Of a stretch of DNA of 64,000 nucleotides, positions 51,830-64,000 are shown piece after piece; within the stretch, counting starts at the first letter, position 1, and each line of letters starts with the position of its first letter. Under the pieces are notes generated by a model that had not been told where the DNA came from, did no database searches, and worked only from the letters and a program-made list of their open reading frames with translations. The DNA is from Eledone cirrhosa (taxonomy: Eukaryota), in assembly GCA_964016885.1 (NCBI GenBank), contig OZ024742.1:131130001-131194000 (forward strand). Direction: 5' to 3'. A program made the translations under genes and the position numbers.

Positions 51830-52100
51830 GCGCGGGGACATAGAAAAAGTCGGGCTGGACACCCAATCGTGCGGTTAAACCACTGGGAGTGAAGGTTCCC
51901 TAGCCTTTGTCAGGGCATTCTTTTAGGAGAAGGCAACTCAGGAAACTGGGATAACTCCGATATAAAACCTGCGGTTCAGTAGTTTCCGATGATGTTGAAC
52001 TTTTCTTCTTTTCGGGTAATAGCTACTGTCGCTCAGAGAGTGGGATTGGCTCAGTGCAGTGTCTTTCCTCACTTAAAAACATATCTTCACGCACTAGCAT
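51830..52100 (+). mobile_element. Possible 5' UTR fragment of an RTE-type LINE
   Basis: cagggcattcttttaggagaaggcaactc...ataaaacctg resembles RTE 5' UTR motifs as I recall them; there is no coding support. Confidence 0.35.
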
Positions 52101-52204
52101 TGCACGATAGAATTAATTAATAATTATTAATAATGGTATAACGTGCAATGGCCATACTCGATAACGAGGGGGCAGCCATCATGTATGTATGTATGCATGC
52201 GTGT

Positions 52205-52505
52205 GTGTGTGATTGGTGTGTTTGGCCCTCGATCGTGAGTTCTATTCCTAGACCCGGCGGCAGTCATTGAGCAAGACAATTCATTTCACTTTTCTCCAGT
52301 TCAATCAGCTCACAAAATTGAGTATGTCCACACTTGTCACACACTGTATTATGCTGACTATCCCTTAAAAAATCCGTTAATGAAACGCGTATCCTTATAG
52401 TGTTCAGCCACCTGTACGTTAATTTCACCAGCAGGCTCTTCTGTTGACGAACAACTTAAAAAGATTTGTCGTTCGAACGAACAGAGGCCCAGTAATACAA
52501 CAACA
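52205..52505 (+). mobile_element. Diverged SINE family B copy
   Basis: gtgagttctattcc, ttgagcaagacaattcatttcac core, and a tail shared with ~10660 and ~32960. Confidence 0.65.
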
Positions 52506-52789
52506 CACTTACAGTATTGTAGCATTAAAACCAGTAGCATTTTCGCGTGCTTACGTAGGTGACTTGAAAGGCCAGCTTTCGGCGTATTCAGTAACATAAA
52601 TTTCATACAAACGGAGGTACAGAGCTCTCTACATGCTGGCTTTCCTTAACTGCATGCTTAATGCTAGCCATTTCGAGGCAGATTCCTGAAAAAGTCTTAC
52701 AGCATTAGATACAGCGGTACGCCTCTTGTTTCTACTGATCCATCTCCCTGGAAAATCATGACATTAAATATATATACATACATGCACAG

Positions 52790-52945
<156 letters not shown>

Positions 52946-53589
52946 GATATTCTACATTGGGATGCGCATACGTTGGAACTCTGCTTTCAAGGGGTTTTGT
53001 CAATCATATCATCCTTTGTACTTATTTCCGTCAGTTACCTAATTTATTCCTTTCTAATTAACACATCGATGAGCTGTGTTTTGTGATATAAAGGGAATGC
53101 AACCCAAAACAGCAATTTATGAAAATCTGCGGAATAGTTTCTGTCTATCAAATTTCCCTCAAAAGATGTTGGTCTTGAAATTAGTTTAGAAAACGATTGT
53201 CCAAGGTGATCGATTACGAAACCAAGTGGCTGTGAAACGACATTTTTTAATTCCCCATTCGTACTAACAACTTTTAAAAAATGTATTAATTCTGTGAAAT
53301 ATTTGTAATCAAGTTTCTGGTCTTCTAAGAGAATAGATGCAACATATAGTTTCTCAAATGTAATAGATTAAATTGAATTTATCCCAATATCGTATCTTTT
53401 TTTCTGTCTTCTATTTCTAAACTAAATTGCACATATTTAAAATAGTCTCAATTCACAAATTGAATTTTCTATTTCAAAAACAGAATTACATGTTGAATAT
53501 AATGCATCATTTATTATTGAACCTCAGTCGATTATGACGATGATTGTTTCAGTTTGCATAGCTGACGAGCCGACTCGTCAAATGCTTAA

Positions 53590-54815
53590 TTTCACAGACA
53601 CGTCTACTCGTAACACACTTCTCAGAGAAATTCAGCGTGACACATTATGAGACAGGGTTAGCGCTTTGAGTAACAGGTATAACTCATTTTTACCTGATGA
53701 AGCAACGTGAAATAAAGTGTACTGTTCAAGGACACAACGCATCAGTGGTAATCGAACTCAAGACAAACACCCTTATAACTAAGACACATGCTGTGTTAAT
53801 TTCATAAGTTTAGTATAAATTTGTAATAATATGTATGATTAATTATATCTACGACCTCCGTCACTACTGCACTTTCTACTGTTGAGCAGTAGAGTAGAAG
53901 TAATCTTTTGATCCCAAAAGGGTGTGTATAGATCATTATTTCACTAGCTAGGAATGACAACCAAACCTCTTTCATGTAACACGCTTACTCCTAATACAGC
54001 TGTCTCTCACAATCGAGTATGAGTTTGTCGTAAGTAACATGCTATCACTAAGGGATTTATGTGTCCATGGACACGTGAACATCCAGGATATGATTGTTGA
54101 AAGGAATGGAATCTGGGCCACTATTGGGCTGGTACTTCTTTTATTGAACTCGAAAATATAAAAGGCAAAGTGACCCTCCTTAGGATTTGAATTCAAAACA
54201 CAGAGTTCTGAAACAAACATTAAATCCTTCAACTACTTTGCCTAATTGACCGCTTTATAATTCTCTACTGCATTTAATAAGAAAAGGACTCAGTTATTGC
54301 AATGTAATTCGTGATAAAGGCGGTGAAATGGCAGAGTCGTTAGAATGTTGGATAGAATGCTTTACGGTATTCGTTTCGGCTCTCTGAGTTCAAATTCTGT
54401 CGAGGTCAACTTTGGCTATCATCCATTCAAGGTCGAGGAAAAAAATTGCCAGCCTAGTACTAGGATCAATTAATCCTCTATATCTCTTTCTCACTTATAT
54501 TATCTTACTCTCTGCCCTTCCCTGAAAGAAATCTCATGTATTCGGACCTCTCCAGGTCCAGATACAGATTTCCATTTATCATAGGTCACCTGGAGCAGTA
54601 TTGACTACTCACCTTAGATGTATGAAAAAAGACAGATATTTATTTGTATACATAATTACGAAAAAAGTATTACATAATGATTTCTCATTTAAGCACAAAC
54701 CTAACAATTTACGGGGAGGGAAAATTCAATAATATCGAGCGCCGTTCTTTACTGGTAAGTTATTTGATCGACCCCGGAAGATGAAAATCGACATCGAACA
54801 TGGCGCTATTTAGAA
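53590..54815. mobile_element. Cluster of old SINE fragments (B minus 53590-53790; A-related minus 54110-54260, plus 54318-54470, minus 54680-54810)
   Basis: Recognisable cores and B-boxes (ttcaaggacacaacgc, ggatttgaattc, gagttcaaattc, tcgaccccggaagatgaaa). Confidence 0.6.
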
Positions 54816-55124
54816 CTAAATAAAATAAGTTGTGATTCTATCGGATATCATTCTTCACTGTTTCAACAAATCTCTTGCCAAATAAATGCAACGATGATGC
54901 TTGAACAAATGCTTACTGATGTATTCTATTTTCATGTCTGTGAACGCCTAAATACTATTATTTAAACGTAAAAGAGCGTAAAGTGCAATAATGATAATCC
55001 TTCTATTTATTTAGCACAATTACATCACCCAATGTAAAGGTAACGTATCTATACACGCACACTCTCTAAGTCACACACGAACATGCGAGCATTGTTCATT
55101 GTTATCAATACGTACGTACACACT

Positions 55125-55660
<536 letters not shown>

Positions 55661-56099
55661 CAGGAATGAGCTAGTAGTTGCTACTTGTTTCTGCGTGTTT
55701 GTTTAATGAGTGGTTGAATCTGTTGCTCATAACTGCCGCTGTCGCTGTTGTTGTTGCAATTACTGTTACTCTTTTTGTAGTTACTGTTGTTGCACTTGTT
55801 GTTGTTGTTGTTAGTCATGTGTCCTCAGTAATGTATTATTGTTATTCTAATGACTTCCTGCTCCTTTTCCGAAACCACAAGAAAAACATCTAAACAGCAC
55901 TACACGCGAACAGATTTACGATTGCTAAACTAACTAACGTTTCGTACTGGAAACTAACTGACACTGTATTCTGAAGACGAAGCCTGACCAAACAGAAATC
56001 AATATAATAACAGTATGTTCTTAATTTAGCGCCGAACACATGCACACACACAAACACACACACATCTATATATGTATGCACGTATTCTTGTATGTTTAT

Positions 56100-56361
<262 letters not shown>

Positions 56362-56926
56362 GTGTGTGTGAGTGTGTGTGTGCGTGTCTGTGTGCATACA
56401 CAACCTCAATGTCCGTCACATATACACACATAAATACATACCTACTTAGAAACCTCCCTACATCCATCCATCCATCCATCCATCCATCCATCCATACATC
56501 CATCCATCCATCCATACATGCATACATATATGTAATATCCGATCCATTTGAGTCATATTCTCGCTGGTTTATCAGTAAATCAAAGAGACAGCACGAATGT
56601 GCTTTGCATCCATAGAAAATGTTACCAGCCGACAACTTCCGGTCCGTGTGGTGAAACTGTAGCACTAACGAGTTTGACTTGTTACATCGGCATTGTTGAT
56701 AATAAGGCTTGCTTGTTGCCTTATTTTCTGAAAGATGAATAAATATCTAGTCAATTGGCAGACATTTAGACAATACCTTATTAATGAATAGAATGATAAG
56801 TAAAATATAATATTAAAATATATAAAAATTAACTAAACTGTTTAACAAATGATATAGAAAAAATAAAACAAAACAATGCAATGAAAAATAGGATGATATT
56901 TTGTAAAAAGAGAAGTACTTAAACGG

Positions 56927-56980
<54 letters not shown>

Positions 56981-57217
56981 CGAGAGAGGGGGGATTGTGT
57001 GGGTAAGAGGACGAAATAGGGAGAGAAAGCGTGTATGGGAGAGAGTGAGGGGAGATAGAAGGGAAGGGTGAGAAGGGAGAGTGAGATGGAAGGGAAGGGT
57101 GAGAGGGGAGAGTGAGAGTGAGAGTGCGCGGCAGAAACTAGTAGTGTGCATAAAATGCATTAAATAGCTGTGAGTAAATGATATTGCATTTAATTAAAGA
57201 GCAGAAAAAGATACTGC

Positions 57218-57278
<61 letters not shown>

Positions 57279-57948
57279 GGTCTGCTATAATAATAAACCC
57301 GAATTCGCGAGCCATCTCCGAATAAAATATATTCTCTATTTTCTGTTTGTGTTTGCGGTAATTCCTTTTATTGATTAACTAATTATGCAATCTGCGCCTG
57401 ATGATTTTACCAGAGTCTTACGTAACGAGGCCATTGAAATATATATTGTTTTTTTTGTAACATCAAAACTTTAAAGGGATATTTCCAATCTGGCCTTTTG
57501 TTGTTTTAAATAAATATACATATATGCTTTTTCTCCCAATCCCCATTCACAATTTTTTCCCTTTTACTCCTCTTTTCACTTTTCTATATTTGTCTATTTC
57601 TTGTTTTATTTTTCCTTCCATCATTTGATGAAGGACTAATGTCTGAAAAGCTAAAATTCCTTTTCTTCTGTATCAAACGTTAAACTAATATATAGCTTCA
57701 TTGTTCTATAACGTTTTGCTGTGTGTCTGTGTGTCTGTGTGTCTGTGTGTCTGTGTGCCTGTGTGCCTGAGTATGTATGTGGTGGGGAGGTGTTTATATG
57801 AATCTTTGTAGAACCTAACACGTTTTTACGCAGTGTGTATTGCATTTAACATATATTTATGCAAGAAATCCACAATAAATATTCTCCATTTTAACGATAA
57901 ATTTTTTCATCTGTCGCTTTCCCTCTCCCCTCTCTGTCTCCATCTCTT

Positions 57949-58027
<79 letters not shown>

Positions 58028-58077
58028 CTCCCTTCCATATACTGTACCGATTGTGTTGTTATTTCTGTTTACCTTTT

Positions 58078-58164
<87 letters not shown>

Positions 58165-58233
58165 TATATATATGTATATATATATATGTATATATACACT
58201 GATATGTATATATATATATTATTGTTTATATTA

Positions 58234-58301
<68 letters not shown>

Positions 58302-58511
58302 TGATATGTTTGTGTATGGCTGTGACCATGTGTACGTGTGTAGTGGCCTGGGGATTTTTTATTAACTTTCACTTTGCTTTCTTATTCCTGAATAAAACTC
58401 TATTTACAAATTTTAACCACTTATACGCCTGTCAATTTCAGTTTATGCTATCACTAACACGATGTAAAAATTACGATTTCAATTACACAATCCTCCCTCT
58501 ACGCACACCTA

Positions 58512-58684
<173 letters not shown>

Positions 58685-58789
58685 TCATACGCACGTACAT
58701 CACTCACCGCTATATATATATATATATACATCTCTCTCTCTCTATATATATATATATCTATATATATATATATATATATACAATATATT

Positions 58790-60760
58790 AACAAATGGAA
58801 TCTATATTTATAAAACCATATTTATTTTATTATACATATTTCAAGAGCCACCAAGGCAAATTATGGTGCGCTTTCATCAGATAAAATACAATACACATTT
58901 GTTTTATAAATAAATATTGACATACCCTGAAAAAAGACAACCTTAACGGTTGGAGCTTCCTGGATAGTGGAGATATGACATTTATTGAGGGTGATAGAAA
59001 GTTATGATTGAGTATGCAAATGAGTGTCGGAAAGGTTAAAAAGTTAACGGTTTATTTAAATTAAACTGTTGGAAGAAGGTGATATTGTGAGGGAGAGAGA
59101 AAAAAAGAAAGAAAGAAAAAAGAAGGAACTATTATATATATTTTTGACAGTGAAAATAGTGTGAAGAGAAGAGCGTAATTATATTTTTAAGTGAGAGAAA
59201 ATATTAGTTACAAAGGACAAATACAGCGTAAGTATATTTACGTGAGAGGAAAAAAGAAGAAATGTAGAAGAAATGAGGATAGCGTGGAGGAATAATATTT
59301 ATAATGCAGGATTCGTTATGTTTTGATTATAATATTTATAATGATAGGTTGAAAAATCAGAAGAATTAGGCATCGAAAATAGGACTCAACCCTTCATACC
59401 TAGGAAACCAAAAAATAATATGAAGGACCATAAAAGAAATTTTGAAATTGAATTACCAGTTAGATTGATTGCACCATCTAAATCGGACCTTGGCATACTT
59501 AGCAAGAATATTTTAGATAGACTCATACCACACATTAAGGAATTATCTTATTTAAAACTATGGAATAGGACTAATGAAGTTATCGACTGGTTTAAGGACA
59601 TTAAATATAAGTATAACAATAAATTTATTCAATTGGATATTGCTAATTATTACTCATCTATCACTCCTAATCTACTTAATAAAGCCCTTACATATGCTTT
59701 TAAATATATAAATTTAACTAGTAATGAAATGCACATGATCTTAACTGCATGTAAAACATTAATTAAATTTAACAACCACCTCTGGACTAGAGCAGACAGA
59801 GATAATAATTTTGATATTACTATGGGATCATCCGACTCGGCACAAATAATGGATCTTGTGGGGCTTTTTATTAACAATACTTGACATAGGAAAATACCGG
59901 AGATTACCGGTGGTTTATATCGTGACTATATGCTATTACTTATAGAAAATAATAATAATTGTAAAATAAATAGGAAAAGAAAAGAAATTATACAATTTTT
60001 TAATTGCCTTAATCTTAAAGTAGAAGTAGAGAATAATGATAAAATAGTTAATTTTTTAGATGTAACTTTAAACCTTAACACTGGTCTTTATTATCCATTT
60101 CATAAAATAAATGAGAATCTAACCTATGTTAACTTTAATTCCAATCACCCCGGATCCGTTAAAAAACTATTGTAAATTCTGTGCAGCAACGTATTTCTAG
60201 ACTTTCAGCTAATAAAAATATATTTGAAGATAAGGCACAATATTATAACGAAGCGTTAGGTAGAGCAGGCTATAGTAATAAAATTAAATACATTAATAAT
60301 AAGAATGTGCCAACTAACCATAACTATAAATATTATAATAGAAAACCTTACACTAACTCGAAAACCAAAAGAAGAAATAGAACTAGAAATATATTATGGT
60401 TCGCTCCCCCATTCTCATTAAGTATTAAAACTCCTATTGCGAAATTATTCTTTAAAGCTCTAGATAAATGCTTTCCTAGAACATTCAGGTATTACTCAAT
60501 ATTTAATAGACATACTATTAAACTATCATATTCCACCACTATAAATTTAACGCACAATATTAATAGAATTAATAATAGAAACTTAAAACCTAACCAGAAA
60601 ACCATTAATACCCCTAGCAATATCCAATATAATGTTACGGTTCCCAGTAATTTAAATTTAGATAAATGTAATTGTAGAAATAAATCTAACTGTCCTCTAA
60701 ATAATAATTGTTTAGTTAAAAATATAGTATACAATTGTAATGTAAAAACAAATATAAAAA
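58790..60760 (+). mobile_element. Second, more decayed PLE of the same clade as 46267-51605; probable inverted terminal segment 58790-59360, coding remnant 59363-60760
   Basis: ELGIENRTQPF..MKDHK..VRLIAPSKSDLG, QLDIANYYSSI, FDITMGSSDSAQ, GGLYRDY, NFLDVTL, SNHP, WFAPPFS, CNCRNKSNCPLNNNCLVKNIVY. It is frameshifted and truncated inside the GIY-YIG domain. Confidence 0.9.
58824..58887 (-). ncRNA. Type I hammerhead ribozyme-like motif with a canonical core
   Basis: Minus strand: attttat-CTGATGA-aagcgcacca-taatttgcct-tggtggctctt-GAAAT-atgt-ATA-ataaaat (perfect 7-bp stem I, imperfect stem II, short stem III). Confidence 0.75.
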
Positions 60761-61483
60761 GAGCTTACAACTTACGTTAAAGGCCAAACACACTGAGATG
60801 GTGGTTAAACTAATTATCCACACAGCGAAGATTCGATCTCCTATTTCGGGTCAAACAGATATACAGATATAAAAATATATGAAAGCATAAATGTTTTTTA
60901 CTCACCGGACCCCTGGAATGATGGTAAAGTCCAGTGTTGGGGATTCTGCGTCTCCATAAGTCATTTACTGTCCACTTACATAAAGGATGTTAAGTTTCTC
61001 GTATGCTGACTGAACTAGGAGTGCGCGTTATCAACGGGATTCAGTTCTAAAGACCACATAGATGTGTCTGTAACTGACCCCACGTGGGGTTCAGCAAGGG
61101 AGGCAACACCTAAATTAGGCGAATGAATTCATCTGTGTATAATATTGCGAAAATGCAAAATATCACAAATCGAATGAAGCTCTCGACAGAGTGGTTAAAT
61201 ATAACAAAGCTATTCGGCAGTCAATAGAATAGACAAAAACCAGTCAATAAAATTAACTGGCCAATAGCTAGACCCTGGAGATTAATATAAGTAAAAATTA
61301 GCGAGAATCGAATTTCAGCCTATGAAATAACGAAAAAACACTTTCGAATTGTGAGGCAAGCGCTCAATAATTCAAAAGAATTAGAGCTTACAACTTACGT
61401 TAAAGGCCAAACACACAGAGATTCGATCTCCTATTTCGGGTCAAACAGATATACAGATATAAAAATATATGAAAGCATAAATG

Positions 61484-61490
<7 letters not shown>
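60760..61490. mobile_element. ~730-bp non-coding segment bounded by direct repeats (60760-60900 / 61384-61490)
   Basis: agagcttacaacttacgttaaaggccaaacacac and gattcgatctcctatttcgggtcaaacagatatacagatataaaaatatatgaaagcataaatgttttt occur at both ends. The left copy has ~35 extra bp, and the right copy runs into (TA)n. Confidence 0.6.
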
Positions 61491-61545
<55 letters not shown>

Positions 61546-61629
61546 CTATTTTAGCATGTTGGTAGAGTACAGATGATTCTTTACTATCTTGAAGGTCTCG
61601 CCAGTGTTCATTTATCCGTTCCCCTACAT

Positions 61630-62568
61630 ACCATTAATAACAAAAAACAAATCCTCCATTCCCATTATGCCAAACCCATGATTTCCAAACATCTGATCCA
61701 CCGAAACTCGGCTGTTTCGGACCATACCAAAATCAACATACTGATTGCGGATTTGGTACGGGTGATGAGAAACGTGTCCCGCATGTGCAACCCCGAAGAA
61801 CTAGAGAGACACATACAACACTTCATCCACCGTATGCAGTTCTCTGATTACAATCAGAGACATAAAATCAGAGTGTATAGAGGAGCCAGAACCAAATGGG
61901 AAAAAATGGTAAACAATGACACAAATGGGACCTGCCCCTTGTATAGGAGCACATTTTGGAATAGAATAGAAAGAACTAGGAATAAGGCTAATAGAATAAA
62001 CTCATGGTATGATAGCAATAAATACCAGAGTGTAATGTTCATCGATACAACCCCTAGAGGTGAATTAGCTTACAAATTGAGAAGGGCCCTAGATAAACAT
62101 AAACTCAATATTAAGATAGTAGAAAGACCAGGTACCTCCGTAAAAACACTTATTAGCAAGACATACCCTTTTCAAAGACCCCCCTGTATAGATAAGAAAT
62201 GTATAACCTGTAAAATAAGCCCCCATATTAACTGTAAAACTAGAAATGTAGTGTATAGCATAAGATGTACTGAAGGACAATGTAGAGACAAAAATATAGT
62301 GTACATAGGTGAGACAGCTCGTAGTGTAGGGGAACGGATAAATGAACACTGGCGAGACCTTCAAGATAGTAAAGAATCATCTGTACTCTACCAACATGCT
62401 AAAATAGAACATAAGGGTAAATTAGAGAACATAGAAATAAAAATAGAATCTACACACAAAAATGACGCAATGTTTAGACAAATCACAGAGGCAATAAACA
62501 TAAAAGAATTACAACCAAAATTAAATAGAAAATATGAGTGGAACAGCAACATCACAACTTACAATTAA
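61630..62568 (+). CDS. PLE C-terminal fragment: RT thumb, Cys-rich linker and GIY-YIG endonuclease (no native start)
   Basis: YAKPM..NSA..K..LVRVMRN, PCIDKKCITC..CKTRNVVYSIRC..C..YIGETARSVGERINEH, QH..EH, RQITEAINI..PKLNRKYE, without stops. The first ~19 codons of the listed ORF (from 61573) derive from the inversion. Confidence 0.88.
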   Translation, partial: TINNKKQILHSHYAKPMISKHLIHRNSAVSDHTKINILIADLVRVMRNVSRMCNPEELERHIQHFIHRMQFSDYNQRHKIRVYRGARTKWEKMVNNDTNGTCPLYRSTFWNRIERTRNKANRINSWYDSNKYQSVMFIDTTPRGELAYKLRRALDKHKLNIKIVERPGTSVKTLISKTYPFQRPPCIDKKCITCKISPHINCKTRNVVYSIRCTEGQCRDKNIVYIGETARSVGERINEHWRDLQDSKESSVLYQHAKIEHKGKLENIEIKIESTHKNDAMFRQITEAINIKELQPKLNRKYEWNSNITTYN

Positions 62569-62769
62569 GGACAAAATGAAAACACACACACACATAGAAC
62601 AAACAACCAACCGGTAACATGTAAATAAACAAATACATAAACGAATATAAACACACACAGACACCCGGATGTGGCGCATGCGCAGACTGAGCACACAACA
62701 CACACACAGAAACAAATTGACGTAGGACAGAACAAAGGAGAGGCACAAAAACAAAGAAAAGAATCCCCA

Positions 62770-62812
62770 GTCACTGAAGAGGTCACAGAATGTGTGACGA
62801 AAGAACTTTGAC
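62770..62812 (+). ncRNA. Minimal hammerhead-like motif in the PLE 3' UTR (second copy at 32479-32521)
   Basis: gtca-CTGAAGA-g-gtcaca-gaatg-tgtgac-GAAA-gaac-TT-tgac; stems I and II are intact and identical in both copies. Confidence 0.7.
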
Positions 62813-62966
62813 AATATATAAACAACTATCTGGTTGTGGAACCAACCAACCAACCAGAAATTTATAGATTTATAAATTCCTAAATTTATAAATTTATTAT
62901 AATAAATTGAAGTGAAAGCAACTGGTGCCTGTGTTTCTTATTGGCAACATGACCTTCCCAAAGTAT

Positions 62967-63050
<84 letters not shown>

Positions 63051-63121
63051 ATAACATTGTTTCCTCGGTCCGATTTGACGAAAGTCGATCGACCCTTTAT
63101 ATATATATATATATATATATA

Positions 63122-63204
<83 letters not shown>

Positions 63205-63819
63205 GTAGAAACAATCGAAAGCCCTAACAGATGGTAAAAAACTGGAGAGAATCCCCAGCGGAATGTAGACTCGCATCTGCCGCATGAAGGCGACTGCGTT
63301 ATATATTTATAGTTAGGTGTTTCGTCATGTGTTATATGACTGTCGAGGCTACGCTTCAGTGTCATGAAAATAGAGGTAAACATTTTATATTTACATAATA
63401 GTATCTTGTCTACACATGTTATTTAAAGTTTCAGATAAACACAAGCGTGGAAACGTATGAGGCACAATCACTGCAGTAAAATTTCAAATCGATGAACCTT
63501 TAATACAACCAAACATATCTTGGTTATACGTTAATTACTTCATGTTGGAAATAAATGACATACAAAGTGAGTGAAAACTGAATATATTGTAATTTTTGGC
63601 TATGTAGATATACCTCTCAGGACATTAGCTAGCAGGCAGGGCCATGATAAACCCCAGTGTTTCTTTCGATGTCATCTGTTAATAGAAAAACCCTTTAAGC
63701 CATAGTAACGTACAGAAGGAAGATATTTATTTAAATAAATTAATTTGACTAAATTACATTAAAGAAAATATGTAACTGTTTAATTTCACGATACCCAATG
63801 ATACTTATGTCATCTTGCA

Positions 63820-64000
63820 TGCGAAGGCTCGTTTCTTAGTGGGTAGGGTTTCGGCCCCCGATCGTAAGGTCGTGAGTCCGATTCCCGGTGGCGTGCTGTG
63901 TCCTTGAAAAAGACACTTCCTTTCACGTTGGACCAGTCTACTCAACTGGCAAAAATGAGTTGTACCTGTAATTCAAAGGGTCTGACATGTCACATTCTGT
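63820..64000 (+). mobile_element. SINE family B copy (runs off the window)
   Basis: gaaggctcgtttcttagtgggtagg, gagtccgattcc, gtgtccttgaaaaagacactt, ctcaactggcaaaaatgagt. Confidence 0.8.

Larger units (their letters stand above)
61540..62972 (+). mobile_element. 5'-truncated PLE (Neptune/Nematis-like) with an 89-bp 5' inversion, in (TA)n
   Basis: RT thumb and GIY-YIG ORF; 61540-61628 is the reverse complement of 62325-62413; hammerhead-like motif in the 3' UTR; (TA)n on both sides. Confidence 0.9.

Overview
AT-rich, microsatellite-dense eukaryotic DNA in which I can recognise no host protein-coding gene. The SINE and repeat content suggests a cephalopod (octopus-like) genome; this is an inference. 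The window is almost entirely repeats and retroelements. (1) A 5'-truncated but stop-free R4/Dong-type non-LTR retrotransposon (RT, CCHC and restriction-like endonuclease) sits in an (AAT)n microsatellite at 40120-43120, with several older fragments of related elements elsewhere. (2) Three Penelope-like elements (PLEs; RT plus GIY-YIG) are associated with (TA)n tracts and each has an inverted 5' segment; one is near full length with 1032-bp pseudo-LTRs (46267-51605). (3) About ten hammerhead-ribozyme-like motifs occur, from several PLE families. (4) There are L1/Tx1, RTE and mariner remnants and two abundant tRNA-derived SINE families. (5) Large tandem arrays include a 12.7-kb strand-asymmetric AAC/ACC cryptic repeat with higher-order structure, a 2.8-kb 26/28-bp minisatellite, a ~177-bp A/T-tract satellite and a ~35-bp GC-richer minisatellite. 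Most ORFs in the supplied track are artefacts of simple repeats. All family assignments come from motif recognition by eye, not database searches.
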